Source: Carcharhinus longimanus
Lineage: Eukaryota
Length of the DNA stretch: 64,000 nucleotides
Reading direction: 5' to 3'
Assembly (NCBI GenBank): GCA_030264375.1
Contig: JASCQW010000162.1
Span: 56,911,074-56,975,073, forward strand
The notes under the pieces were generated by a model. The model was not told the DNA's origin, did not search any database, and saw only the letters and a program-made list of their open reading frames with translations. Every line of letters begins with the position of its first letter. Within the stretch, counting starts at the first letter, position 1. Of this stretch, positions 12,491 through 26,099 are shown piece by piece. The position numbers and the translations under genes are program-made.

Positions 12491-13328
12491 TCTGTATCTT
12501 GACTCCATTAATATGCCTTTGTTTTGTAACCCTTAAAACTAAAACTACAACTGGCGACAGAGTCTAAAAATCCTTTCAGGAATGAAATTAGTAAATGCTT
12601 CCTCGAACAAAGGGAGACAGAGGCTTGGAATTCTCTTCCACAAATGGCAATTGATGCTGGATCATATTGTTTAAGTTAGTGATTGATAGATTTTTGTTAG
12701 CCAAAGGAATGCAGGGATACGAGGCAAAGGCAGCTTTCTGGCACATTGATCTTATTGAAAGCTGGAACTGGTGTAAGTGGCGGAATGGCCTTGTCCTGCT
12801 CCGAGTTTCTTCCCTTGCCAAACAGAAACCCGTTCTTTCTGGTTGGAAGTTTTGAATTGAACCCCAGTCCCAAAGGCTCTTTGGGAGAGAGGCTTCCTGG
12901 TTTCCACTGCCTTTAGTGTAAGGATGTGCGTTCTGCCATCACCCCTGAATGGTCTGCCTCCAGTGATAAAGATATGGCCTCTCGTTTTAGAATTCTACCC
13001 CCCGCCAACCCACCGCACTCCCCACTCCCCCCATCCACCCCCAGGGGAAACAATTTTCATCCATCAATCCACAGAGACTAATTTCCAAATCTGCGGTCAA
13101 CTAACCCAGCAGTATTAGTTAAGAAAAAAAACTCTTCAGATACCACGGTTATTTTGAAAGGTATTTATTGGATGTGGGACTGTCTGACTGAGTCAAGAAG
13201 CATTCGGTTGGTAAAGAAGAGGATCCTGGCTTTCTGATTGGCTGTGGGAAGGATGGACATGTTGGGTCACCAATTGGCCAATTAGTGGAATGCAAGGCGG
13301 GGCTTATGGCAGTGAAATGTCACATGTT

Positions 13329-13593
13329 GACAGCGCCAGGGGCCCGGGTTTGATTCTGATCTCGGTCACTGTCTGTGTGGAGTTTGCACATTCTCCCTGT
13401 GTCTGCGTGGGTTTCCTCCCACAGTCCGAAAGGTGTGCAGGATAGGTGAACTGGCCATGATAAATTGACCTTAGTGTCAGAGGATTAGCACGGTAAGTGT
13501 GTGAGGTTTGCAGGAATGGGGCCTGGGTGAGATTGTGGTCTGTACAGACTAGATGGACTGACTGGCCTCCTTCTGTACTGTAGGGATTCTATG
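13329..13593 (+). mobile_element. HE1-type SINE (5' truncated)
   Basis: CAGCGCCAGGGG..GGTCACTGTCTGTGTGGAGTTTGCAC...TGTAGGGATTCTATG. Confidence 0.85.
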
Positions 13594-14656
13594 AAAGGCA
13601 TTTTGTACACAGCACAGGAACAAGCCATTTGGCCCAACCAGTCCACACTGGTGTTGACAAATTCCAGCTCAAGTTTCCTTGTTAAGAGGAGTCAGTTCCT
13701 GTTCTTATTTGTCACACTGAACTGGAATGCTTAGAGGGTGTTTAAATTAGTAGCTGAATAATACATGGGGAACAAAAACACTTGTGAGGCATTTACTGCT
13801 TTTCCCTGTCACTGGCCAATGGAATATAGGAACATATTGGAGCATGAATAGGCCATTTGGCTCTTTCAACCTATTTCTCAGCTCAATAAAATTACAATGA
13901 GCCGACTTTGGAACAGGTAGTGACGCTGCTAGTTTACACTCAATAAATGTTTTTACCTATGAACGTGTTACCAGTAGTCTGGGTATTGACTGGGTTCACT
14001 TGGCAGCATCTTTTTGCAAAACAGGTCTGCCAAACCAACGGAGTGGAAAATCAGTACCTCGTTCTCAAATTGAAAAAGGTTCAGCTGATTTTTCAATGAT
14101 TCTCAACAACCCTTTGGTACTTTGCATGGGCAAAGGAGTGACTTCAGAAAAAAATTAACTTGCTCATTTGTGGAGCAGGAAGTAAATTGTATTCTATGCA
14201 TCAAATCTGGTTCACATATCAAACTATTTTACAAACTTCTGGGAATAATCATACTGTGTTTCAAGAAGAAAACTTTGTATTTGAGCAACTTCAATGTGTG
14301 CACCACATATGTTTGCAAGTATGAAATATAGATAAATCTTTGAACCGATTAAGCAATTTTCACTTTTCAAACAGGAAGTAAGATTGTTGCCACAGGATCT
14401 GATAAGAGTTGGTGATGTTTTCTGCCCTACTTTATTTAGTTTATTATTTAAAATATTATTAGGAGGATTAAAATATTATTAGGAGGGATTATTATTTAAA
14501 AGGCGAAAAGCTGCAGCATGCTACGGTGCAGAGGGACCTGGGGGTCCTTGTGCACGNNNNNNNNNNNNNNNNNNNNNNNNNNNNNNNNNNNNNNNNNNNN
14601 NNNNNNNNNNNNNNNNNNNNNNNNNNNNNNNNNNNNNNNNNNNNNNNNNNNNNNNN

Positions 14657-14797
14657 CCGTCCTTACCTGGTCTGGCCTACATATGACTCCAGAGCCACAG
14701 CAATGTGGTTGACTCTCAACTGCCCTCAGGCAAGTAGGGATGGACAATAAATGCTGATCAGCTAGCAATACTCTTGTCACACGAATGAATAAAAAAA
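14657..14797 (+). mobile_element. 3' part of second tRNA-SINE family
   Basis: Near-identical to 11601-11735. Confidence 0.8.
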
Positions 14798-17019
14798 ATA
14801 TTATTTTCTCTCTCCTTACTGGTTCCAATTCCTCAGTATGAAGAGTTTAATTTATACTATATAGCAAGATTTCTTCATGTAAACTCAAGTGTCCTACAAG
14901 TGTCCTATTGGAAATTACAATAGGAGATGAGCAGCAACCTGATATAAGTCTTCCTCTGACTTTTTATTGTCAATGTAAACTTCCTAAATTTAATATTGGG
15001 CACCACGTAAAACAACCCCCATCTATTCAAGTATTTTATGCATGACTCCTGAAGGCAGTGTTTTGAAGAGTTAAACTTTCCATTATGCTAATTCCAATCT
15101 CCCTGTAATACTGCTGGTAGGCTAATACATAAAAAAAATGCTGCTACTATTAAACATAAACAATGTTTTAAAATTGAAATCAGGATGCTTACTTCCAATT
15201 CAGGACAGATTGAAATGACTTCAATACAGATTTGAAAAGGAAGCTCAGACTCGATTGCAAATGACAGTTGAAATGATTTGTAAATGCACCCCATTTGAGA
15301 TTCACACCATCACACTTGCTCGACCTCATGGGGAGTTATTTATCTCCTTGCAATTTAAAAGATTTCAACAGGCCATGTGTTTCACAAATAAATGAGGAGT
15401 GAACTAACTGGTTGAATCACATAAAGGTAACAAAATCAATGGTCCATAATTGTCTCATCAAAGCAGAAAATGATGGTAGGCATTTGCAGTTTTGTGTTTT
15501 AAAAGTGAAAATGAAAGCAGCAATCATTTACTTTTTCCTTTCCGTGCTGTGTTGTTTTGTCTGTTTGTCAGCACGATGTAAATTAATCAGATAAAAGACT
15601 CCACCCCATCCATTCTCTTCCCTCCCTCAGTTGACCACTGACTCTAACACACACATTTAATTAGCACTGCAGCAACAGAAAAGAAAGGAATTCAGCATTG
15701 CAAGTAATGAAGAGCTCGACTCCCACTTATGATATTACAGGTTCAATTCCCAGAGCTGCCTGTCACTCAAACCCACCTCCCTTGGTTGGAACAAGATGGA
15801 ACACCGTGAAACATACATGGTTGAGTTTTTCAGGTAGTCAGGTTTCCTGCGGAGCCTGATGAAAAAAAAAATGAATGACAAACAACCATTTAACAGTGGC
15901 AGTCACTACTGCTAGAACAACGGCGAGTCCCAGGAAAAAAAAATGGCGGGAGCATGGGATGCAAGTAACATGGGGTCTCTTGGTAGGGACAGGAGAGGGG
16001 TCCCAGGGTGGTAAGGGCTGAGTTGCAGGGTTGGGGGAAAGAGGTGGAGGGGGGACACAATCAGGAAAGGGAGGGGGGGGACATGGGGGAGTGGCCCCAG
16101 CTTCCTGCCTGAGACAAGCTAACCTGCAGCCACTCCACTAGCCCTGATCTCCTCCCACTGGCTGAAATATTACAGGGAGGTGGGAAGCAGCCTTAAGATG
16201 ATCATTCATTGGCCACCTAAGGCCCTCATTGGGGGTGAGGGTGGGCCTGCAGTGTTGAGGGCAGGAAGGGCATGTGCAGAATTTTAAGGGCCTCTCTGCC
16301 TGAAGATCCACCAATGGGTGACCATTACATTCCGCCAAAAATGTTCCATCATTTGAAAGAAGAGGGGCATATGGGGAACAAAGGGAAACATAAAATTGGT
16401 GTTTCTTTTGTTTGAAATTATCTCTTCTGGAAAAATCGCTTCAGTTAAGCACTAATGTTAACGATAACTTAGAATGGTAAACTAATGTTGCTGAACTGCA
16501 TACCATGACCAACATGATGTGTGTCTATGCTACACAGATAATGGACACATTAATTTCACTGTGCTGCTGAGGAATTGTCCTGCATGGTTCTGTTTACCTG
16601 GCAAGAGTTCAAAACCATACTTATCAATGGTCTAATGGCTATTGGTTTGGGGGAAATGAGAATGATCTCTCTGCGTTCAAATCGTCTACAACTGATACTG
16701 CTATTTTATGTCTGGGGAAGTAGTTATAGTTCATTATTATGGTAAACAGTCCATTCAACAGCTTTGTGCATGGTTACCTCCCACCTGCCTGTAATATTTC
16801 AGCCAGTGGGAGGAGATTAGGGCTTGTGGAGTGACTGGCAGGTTGGCTTGCTCAAGCCTCAGGCAGGAAGCAGGCACCACCTCCCACATGGACTCCATTT
16901 CCTGATTGTACTCCCCCTTCCCAGCTTTGCAACCTGACCCCTCCACCCAGGGACCCCTCCTGTGCCCCTGCTGACACCCCAGGAATGGATCTGACAGGCT
17001 AGAAGTTCAGTATATGGGT

Positions 17020-18050
17020 GATGATATGGACACAGTCACAATTTGAGTTATTCTTCAGTTTCCAGTGGTGCAACAAGTGGCCACATCTCCCTTTGCCTGT
17101 CCACAAACATCTGAGGAACTGGCCAGATTTTCTATGGAAGATTGAAACCTGGGACTTCTCTACACGAGTCAGCTATCAGGCCGTGGCAGCTTTCAGGCTG
17201 TGATTGGTGGGGTTTGCAGTCAACAAGGGATGTGCCATCGAGAGGTGGGGCAGTAGTTAGTTTGTAGGGTGTGGAGTGTATGCCAATTGGGATTTCTGAC
17301 AAGCGTGTTGGGGTTTTTTTGAGCTTCAGTGTCAAAGGACTTAGCTGTCAGCCGGTGGTGTTGTCTGAGGGGTATGTTCTCCCTATGGACATTAAGAAGT
17401 TCAATATGTGCCAGTACAGGAAGTGAATTGAGCTATGTTGGTCTCGAGGTTCAAGAAAAAATCTTTGTAGCATTTGGGAGGTGTNNNNNNNNNNNNNNNN
17501 NNNNNNNNNNNNNNNNNNNNTGCAGCAGGACTCTGCTGCTGGGTAGACAATGGTGAGCAAAACAGAGTTTAGTGTGTTGGTTTTGCTGTCCTAAAGGCTA
17601 CCCGCCAATTTCTGTATGAGATTCACTTTCATTTTAGTCCTGGCTCAGGTGTTGCTGATGGGTCAATGTGACATCAAGATTATCCCTGGGTATTCTGGCA
17701 TTGAGAACTGGACCTTCAGGTTGTTCAGGTGGAAGACCAAAAGACAGTCTTGGCAGTGTTTGGTCAACGTCTCCATTTTCTGAAGTAGGCTTCCAAAAAT
17801 CATTGATCTACAGTGAGTATTTTCTCAATGGAAAGCCAGGGCTTAGTCATCAGCACAGGTGAAAAGCTGTAACTCTGTGGGAGGATGGTACATGATGTGA
17901 GCAATGATCCCTGTGGGACAAGTGTTGTTGGTTAGGCATAGACAGCTGGTTTGATCTACAAGGTGCCCCCTGAAACTGGGGGTTGTTGGCCATGCAGCCG
18001 ATTAAGAGTTTTCACACTGCAGGTGATCAGCAATTGATCATCGAAGCTGA
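17020..18050 (-). mobile_element. Vingi/Ingi-like (I-group) LINE 3' remnant
   Basis: Minus-strand pieces VNLIQKLAG, IVYPAAESCC, TSRPT*LNSLPVLAHIE, PGFNLP*KIW and TGKGRCGHLLHHWKLKNNSNCDC resemble the Vingi RT C-terminus and zinc-knuckle region. Confidence 0.7.
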
Positions 18051-18065
18051 TAATCCAAACAATCC

Positions 18066-18300
18066 TGATCACTGTCTCTGTGGAGTTTGTATGTTCTCCC
18101 ATGTTCTCTGGATGCTCCAGTTTCCTCCCACAGTCCAAATGCTGTGCAGGTTAAGTTGATTGGCCGTGCTAAATTAACCCTAGTGTCAGGGGGATTAGCA
18201 GGGTAAATATGAGGTGTTACAGAATTAGGGCCTGGGTGGGATTGTGGTCAGTGCAGTCTTGATAGGCTGAATGGCCTCCCTCTAGGGTTCTAGAATTCTA
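18066..18300 (+). mobile_element. HE1-type SINE (5' truncated)
   Basis: TCACTGTCTCTGTGGAGTTTG core and HE1 tail. Confidence 0.85.
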
Positions 18301-19829
18301 CATATCATTAACACACACTTTCTAGAGCCAAGAGGATAAACATAAAGCCTGCTCCTGGACCTACCTCTGGTTCTGTAACTCGAGCACTGAAGACAAGGAT
18401 ACTGGTAGATGATTGCTCCTCTGAACCTTCCTCCCCCCTGTACAAAACTGACTGGGGCCACTCAACCCCATCTGATGAAAGGGATAGATGAGATTATCAA
18501 CTCAGCTAAATTATACCTTTTTATCCTGACAAAACCAGCAAAATGATTCTATTCAATAAAGAATGGATTTCAAATCCATAGTATTCTGTCTCCAGTATGA
18601 GCCAGTAGCAAAGGTCACCACAGGTAAAGGAGAATCAGAGAGCCACATTATCTGCACTTTAAATGAGTGTCTATGCTGATTAAATCAGTGAGCCCTCAAA
18701 CGAGGTACAGAGATCACAGTACGTGATTTTCTCACACCCATTCCAAGTGATGCAGACAGCACACCAGCATCATGCTGGTTGTTCATTATAATGATTGTAG
18801 CCTGCAACCCAGTGATGAATGCACTGCTGAGTGACTGCGCACCTCAGCAGGGGCGCCCAAGTTTGTGCAAGACCAGTGCCTTAAAGCAAGCCTATAATAC
18901 TTAAAGCCAGACTGCATCTCTTAAAGAAGTGCACACTGACTGCAGAAAAGGTTGAAACTGGTTCAAGAACAGCTAAAACCAATAAGAACCTATAGGAATT
19001 GCATAACATGCCACAACGTTCTCAGGTGCTACACTAGATGCCTTAAGGTTTAGGAGTTGGGGAGAGATTCTCTTCCATCAAGCAGGCGTTAAGGCAGTAG
19101 GATCACATAGCAAAAGACATTGATGCAATTCTGAATAGAGTTCATTTATCTCACATGGTCAGTGAATACATCTGCTCCCAACATCACCATGAGCCTCACA
19201 CACTGTTCCATTACTGCACCCCCTTCTCCCTGTATCTCTCTCAGTCATAAATCACATCTAACTTTCTCAGCGTAACCACAGTCTCACACACACAGCATTG
19301 ATACCAGCTGCATAGTCACATCTCTACTTGCATAATCACAACCTACACATATTGCCAGCTATTAAACAGTGGCAGGCATATCCCCTAAACACAGCGAATG
19401 TAAACTTTCCTTTCTAACATGGAACACAGTAACCCATGATAAGAATCAAAAGCAGCTAACAGGTGTGCAGGAAGGCAGCTCCATTGTGGAGATGGCTTGA
19501 AAATAATTGCAATGGCCTGCGTTAACACAGGGGCCAGTGGTGGGGCTGAAACTATTGGGAATGACAGTACATTCCTATCTAATCTACCTTCTCAGATCTC
19601 ACCCTCATTCCCCAATTTCTTATGACTTACTATTGGCTGACAGTGTATCCATACCTCTCTTCCCTTTTGCCAGATAGGAAAGCAGAGTTGAAACCCAACT
19701 TCATGTTCAATGATAAAGCAAACTTGGCAGGTCATATAGTCTACTGTTGCTCCTTTCTTGCATTCTTGTGTTCTCACCCCAATCAAGGAAGCAGTACTCA
19801 GCAAGCTGATGGGGCTATGGGCTGACATG

Positions 19830-20420
19830 TCTCTGGGTCCTGATGGATTTCAACCGAAGGTATGAAAAAGGTGGCTAATGATATACTGGTGCTAATTTTC
19901 TGGTGCTAAAATTCATTTGATTCTGGAAAGGTTTCATCAGACCGGAAAGTAGCAAATATGGCTCCTATATTCAAGAAGGAAGGGAAATAAAAACAGAAGT
20001 TTTTGGCTGGTAGGATTAAGGAGAATCCAAAGGCATTTTATTCCTATATTAGGAGCAAGAGAGTAGTTAGAGGGAAAANNNNNNNNNNNNNNNNNNNNNN
20101 NNNNNNNNNNNNNNNNNNNNNNNNNNNNNNNNNNNNNNNNNNNNNNNNNNNNNNNNNNNNNNNNNNNNNNNNNNNNNNGTAGGGTGATGCGGCAGCGCGG
20201 GCTTGTTGGGCCGAAGGGCCTGTTTCCCGTGCTGGGTTGTTCTTTGTTCTTTGTAAGTATACAGGCCATTTAGCTTAATGCCTGTTTGAGGAAGATTTTA
20301 GAATTGACCTTTAAAGAGGTTATAGCTGAACATTTAGTCAAGCTCAAGATCATTGGGAAGAGTCAGCATGGTTTTATAAAAGAAAAATCATGTTTAACCA
20401 ATTTATTACAATTCGTTGAA
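19830..20420 (+). mobile_element. CR1 ORF2 fragments with nested younger CR1 piece across a gap
   Basis: TGGAAAG..GCAAATATGGCTCCTATATTCAAGAAGG (ANxxPIFKK-like) and AGTCAGCATGGTTTT (SQHGF) RT motifs. Confidence 0.75.
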
Positions 20421-20422
20421 GG

Positions 20423-20970
20423 ATTTGATATGATTTGATATATTATTGTCACATGTATTAGTATACAATGAAAAATATTGTTTCTTGCACGCTATACAGA
20501 CAAAGCATACCGTTCCTTGAGAAGGACATGAAAGGGTGCAGAATATAGTGTTGCAGTCATAGCTAGGGTGTAGAGAAAGATAAACTTACTGCAAGGTCAG
20601 TCCATTCAAAAGTCCAAACGCAGCAGGGAGGAAGCTGTTCTTCAGTCAGTTGGTACAGAATTTTGTATCCTTTTTCCTGATGGAAGGTGAAAGAGAGTAT
20701 ATCTGGGGTGCTTGGGGTCCTTAATTATACTGGCTGCTTTGCCGAGGCAGTGGGAAGTGTAGACAGAATCAATGAATGGGAGGCCAGTTTGTGTGATGGG
20801 CTACATTCACAACCTTTTGTAGTCTCTTGCGGTCTTGGGCAGAGCAGGAGCCATGCCAAGCAGTGATATAACTAGAAAGAATGCTTTCTCTGGTGCATCT
20901 ATAAAAGTTGATGAGAGTCGTAGTTGACATGTCAAATTTCCTTAGTCTTCTGAGAAAGTAGAAGTATTGG
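20423..20970 (-). mobile_element. Rex1/Babar-like LINE 3' end
   Basis: YFLRRLRKFDMSTTTLINFYRCTRESILSSYITAWHGSCSAQDRKRLQKVVNVA; ATCAA-type tail. Confidence 0.8.
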
Positions 20971-20974
20971 TGGA

Positions 20975-21888
20975 GTAACATGTGGTGTGGATAGAGGAGA
21001 GCCTGTAGGCATACTATACTTGGATATAATGGGAAATCTCATTGACATTGACAGTGAAGGGACCAGCAGAGAATTCTGCCAGTGAAGCTTGCAGATGGAT
21101 ATAGATAGGTTGAGTGAATCGGCAAAAATCTGGCAGATGGAAGATAATGTTGGGAAAATGTGAAGTTGTTCAATTTGGCAAGAAAAGTTTTTAAAAAGGA
21201 GAGCGTTATCAAAGTGGAGAATGCCAAGGTGCAAAGGGATTTAGGTATTCTGGTGCATGAGTCACAAAAAGTTAGTATGCAGATGTAGCATGAAATCAAG
21301 GCAGGTAATGGAATGCTATCCTTTACAATGGAGTAATTGGACTTAAAAGGATGTTATGTTTCAATTATATTGGACACTGGGAAGACTGCTTCGCGAATAC
21401 TGTGAGCAGTTTTGGTCATCTTATTTAAGGAAGAATGTAAATGTGTTGGAGATGGTTCAGAGGAAATTTACTAGATTGATACCCAGAATGAGCATGCTGT
21501 CTTATGAGAATAGAACGGAAAGGCTGGGCTTGTTTCCACTAGAATTTATAAGAGTGAGGGGTGACTTCAGTTAAGATCCTGAATAGTATTAACAAGGTGG
21601 ACATTGAAAGGACATTACCTCTTGTGTGTGAAGCTAGAACTAGGTTTAAAAATTAGAGGTCACCCTTTTAGGACAGAGATGAGGAGGAACATTTTCTCTT
21701 ACAGCGTTGTGACTTTGGAACTTTCTGCCTCAGAAGGTGGTGGAGGTGGAGCATGGGAATCAAAGGTTACTGGGGGTAGAGGGGGAATATGGAATTCAAC
21801 ACAAACAGACCAGCCATGATCTTATGGATGGTGAAGCAGGCTTGAGGGGCTGAATGGCCTACTTTTGCTCCTATTTCCTATATCTGTA
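20975..21888 (+). mobile_element. CR1 ORF2 RT C-terminus and 3' UTR (degenerate)
   Basis: EYCEQFWSSYLRKNVNVLEMVQRKFTRLIPRM..LSYENR..RLGLFPLE; LKIRGHPFRTEMRRN. Confidence 0.9.
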
Positions 21889-23053
21889 TGCAGTCCTGTC
21901 CTTGATTTATTATGCTTTCAGATAACCAAGAATTATTACCTGGCTAATAGTGTGGCAGGAGGAAGGCCTAGGTAAAGAGACTGATCAATATGACACTTGC
22001 AGCCACTAGCTCAGATACTAAGACTATGTGAAATTTAGAGATGAGATCTGCACATGAAGAACCATTGGTCACATATAGGCTGCAGCAAAGCCAGGCAGAA
22101 AGGATAACGCAATAACCAGCTCCCCAAGGGCAAAGTCTCACACAAATCCTGCAGCAAAGAACTCCGGTGAGGACTTTGATGGGATAGTGAACAAAATGAT
22201 GATGGACATGCAGACAGGAATCTTTGGTGTATGCTGGCATGCTTCTGGGGAGTCTGTGTCCACAATCAAGAAGGTGGAGGAGTTGAACTACTATTTGACA
22301 CTCGATTTAGTGCAGATCTTGAAGCCCATCCTTTCCAGTGTGATAGTGACAACCAACTTCAGAAGAGCACTTGTGAAAATGACCATGATGCAACTGATCA
22401 CCGCAAATTGGGACAGCCACTTGAAAAAGTGTACTGGAGGACTCCTCCAGAGTGGCCAAGGCAGCAGGGCTTTGTTTCAACACCACAACTATCAGCTCAG
22501 TGATATTTCTTGTGGTAATACGGCTCTCATTATATGAGTGCTAGCCATTAGTTCTTGCTTTGCGAAGAGCTTGGATAGTGGACCTTCATTAGCTTGGTAA
22601 CTTCAACTCTACATTCTGCAAGTTGTAACCTATGTGTGTCTCTGCATTGAGTTGTGGCACTTGCAAAGCCATGTGTATGTAACAGAGGCACTGTGGCATA
22701 GGGAAGCCAATTTTCCTGGCAAATCCACATACAGTGAGGCAGTGATATCTCCTCCCCTGCATATATAGACTCTATCGCCTCTCTGGGGTAATAGCTCACT
22801 GGGACGTGTTAACTACCTTGTCTGTTTCAGCCTGGAAGGATTCTGATTTGTAGAAATTGACAGCTACAGTTACATTCACTACCACTAACAATGCTGTCCT
22901 CACATGGCTCTCAGGCTACAGGTCTAATTCCAAGTGGATAGCAGAGTTCCGTGACCACTGACTTCATGAATATCAGCCACCAAACAGGCTCCTCCTGTTA
23001 GGTTGAAGGAAGAAAATTGTTNNNNNNNNNNNNNNNNNNNNNNNNNNNNNNNN

Positions 23054-23166
23054 GGCCAGAACTCTCCATTCACCTGACGAAGAGGCAGTCCCCTCGAAAG
23101 CTTGTGAGTATATTATCAAATAAATAGGTTAGACTAAAACCTGGTGTTGTCAGACTTTTTACTGTG
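23054..23166 (+). mobile_element. Penelope-like element terminal repeat fragment
   Basis: Hammerhead core followed by AATAAA and GACTAAAACCTGGTGTTGTCAGACTT tail; 5' side lost in a gap. Confidence 0.65.
23069..23108 (+). ncRNA. Minimal type I hammerhead ribozyme motif
   Basis: TTCAC-CTGACGA-A-GAGG-CAGTCC-CCTC-GAAA-GCTT-GTGAG: conserved CUGANGA and GAAA cores, stem I TTCAC/GTGAG, stem II GAGG/CCTC, palindromic AAGCTT helix III. Confidence 0.7.
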
Positions 23167-26099
23167 AATGGTGTGGCCAGGGGCCTTGCAGTCGTAATTA
23201 ATATCTTTCCGATGTGCACTACCACTTGCTGCAGTATTCACCAACATTGAATAAGGTACCAACGATTAACTTCCACAAATTCTGACAAAATCAGTAGAGA
23301 TTAATAAGTAACTAACTTGAAGATGTTGAAACAAGATTCACAATGGCAGCGCTGGTATCAAATCACATCGCACATTGACTGACATCACAATCTACATTCT
23401 TCTATAACCAACTCTGCATACTTCCATTGCAAGCCTATAATTACTATGTTAGCTAACACTTGTACCAAGATGGCATTTGACCCAGGATATGCTAGAACTG
23501 GGCAGACATGGCACAATGTCCATTTTGCTTCCAAAGCACTCTTGATACCAAAACTACTGATATGACAAAGCTGAATTTTGCAACAATGTATCTTTGACCA
23601 ATCATTCCAAAAGTGCAAAATGCTTTTTTTTAAAGAACTATTCCTGGAATAGATTTTAGTGCAGAAATACTACTGCAAGTCATCAGTAGGTTAAAAATAC
23701 ATTAAAATGATGGAAGATGTATGGTGATGGTGACGTTCTTTACACATACTGATATAATAAATTAAGCAATAATTTCACATCATGACATGTAGGAAGAATC
23801 GCACTGAAACTGAATGAAGCACAAACAGCAAATGGAGATCATCTTGATTTTTTTAAAAATGGAATTCTCTTTAAAATCAACCAATCCCACATAACTCAAT
23901 TCAAAGGATTCTATAGTTTGACCTTCAATTCTGCACCAATTATACTACTTATTATTTTTCACTATGGTTTAGTTTAACGTCCACAATACATGCAAAAAGC
24001 TAAGTTCAGCATTTTTTTATTATTATCTCATATATAATGTCTGCGACCTGCTTAGAATCTCTGAGTGATTTGGGTCAGTTCATTACAGACCCTCCGACAG
24101 TAATTTTGTCCCTTTAATTGTGTGTGTGCTTGCTGTTATATGAATTATTCCACATTCCCTGGAGTCATTACTATCTGAATCTCATTGTAAAGTGGAGACA
24201 GTCTGTAACCCATTGGCTATTCTTTGGCAGAAACTGATAGTTTGTACTTTGTTATGCACAGCTGAAGATCCCATGCACAATGACTTACATTTGCCCAAAA
24301 GGACTTTATGGCCCTTCTGCAGAAAACATGTCTTAATTGCTTGGCAACCTCCCAATTCCTAATGATCACAAATCTAATCTTATTCAATAAGCAAGGAAAA
24401 TTTAATTTCTATTTTAGCAGAAATCTGAGATAGAAAAGACACAGGCATAGAATTATTTCTCTTTATATTTGATTGCTTGCAGGGAGAGCATTTTAAAATA
24501 GTTCATAGAAGCTTTCACGCATACCAATGAGCTAATTTTAACTTCAACCACAAATCCTCATTTGAATTTAATATTCCATAATCATAGAAATCATGTTTAA
24601 AAAAACCCTAATTCCGAATAGAATTGCTCAGTCAAATTTTTAAAATACCATTACATGGGGATTCAATTCATGACTCCCACCATCCATTGAAGTAGATACA
24701 TCAGGCAAACACATATCTACCATGAGCCATGGTTCACCCACCATGAACTTCACTGACCTGCCATAGACTCATTAAACAAACTTCCACTGAGCTTATGAAT
24801 GAACCAATTCTCAAACTTAAATTGCATCAATTTTTCATGATCTCCTTTTTTTTGATAATAACCAGTTTTGCCCAATTCAGATCTGAAGCATACTGTTTTT
24901 GCAAATTATGAAAGGGAGTAGAGTGTCTTTCTGTGCACGCACCCTGACCCTGTCTATCCTGAGAGCAAAGGGGACAGCTGCTGTCAGTGCCAGTCAGTCC
25001 GATGAGACCTTTTATGGATTCATAGAGGAATGTGCTCACCTCCTGGCAGTTTAGCAAATTGTTTGATCCAAGGAAAATCCACTGGATCTGCTCTCTGACA
25101 TTTCCTGGTGATCTAGTGTTTTGAGATCAGCATTGGATTTATAACTTTGCTAGCACTTGGATTTTCAGATTTCTGCAGTTGAAACATGGATTTCTTTTAG
25201 AATTAAGTAAAATATTTTAGCATTACAGTAACAGCCAATGTAAAATCTGCTGTGCCTTGCCCTCTACTCTTACCATGCATGCCTCGTGTTTCAACTCTCC
25301 TTATTTACCAGTACCTTTTCAAGTCCCCTGGCAATCTCGTCACTGAGATCTGCTTCCAAATTTCATTACTTAACTTTTAAACTCCCACGTCCTTCACCTT
25401 TTCTGATAGTTTTTACTCTACACACTCAAGCCTGGGAGTCATGCACTTGAGTATACTTGACTGGTTTGGTCTCAAGGAATTCAGGTTCTCTGTCCCTCTG
25501 GTAAATGATTTCACTGCTGGATTATTCTCAGGAGCCCTTATTAACAGATTATCTCATTTGAATAATACAATGAGTTCATGAAATTGAGGCTAACCAGTCA
25601 TCTGCGTCTCCACAGTCCTGATTAGGCTTATTTCTTTCATGACGTATACTGTCTGCTTTACGAAATTGATTCCTCCCAGTGCAAATGTTATTGTTTTTCT
25701 CAGTCTCTATTGTGAACACCTAACTTTCACAATTCCCCTTCAACATATCTGTCGACACTTCGTCCTCAAAGTCTGCATTTATCCCTCTGTACTCTCAAAC
25801 TACCACTTAATTGTTAACCACCATTTCCTTAAGGTCCTGGAATAGTCTTGTCAACCAGNNNNNNNNNNNNNNNNNNNNNNNNNNNNNNNNNNNNNNNNNN
25901 NNNNNNNNNNNNNNNNNNNNNNNNNNNNNNNNNNNNNNNNNNNNNNNNNNNNNNNNNNNNNNNNNNNNNNNNNNNNAGCTTGAACATTATTTGCAGCATT
26001 AAGACTGCATTGGTTGAAGTCACCAGTGTCATTCTATGATTGTTGTATGCTTTTTTGTGGCATTCGGTGTGGCCATCCTGCCTGTCCTCTTACATTGTT

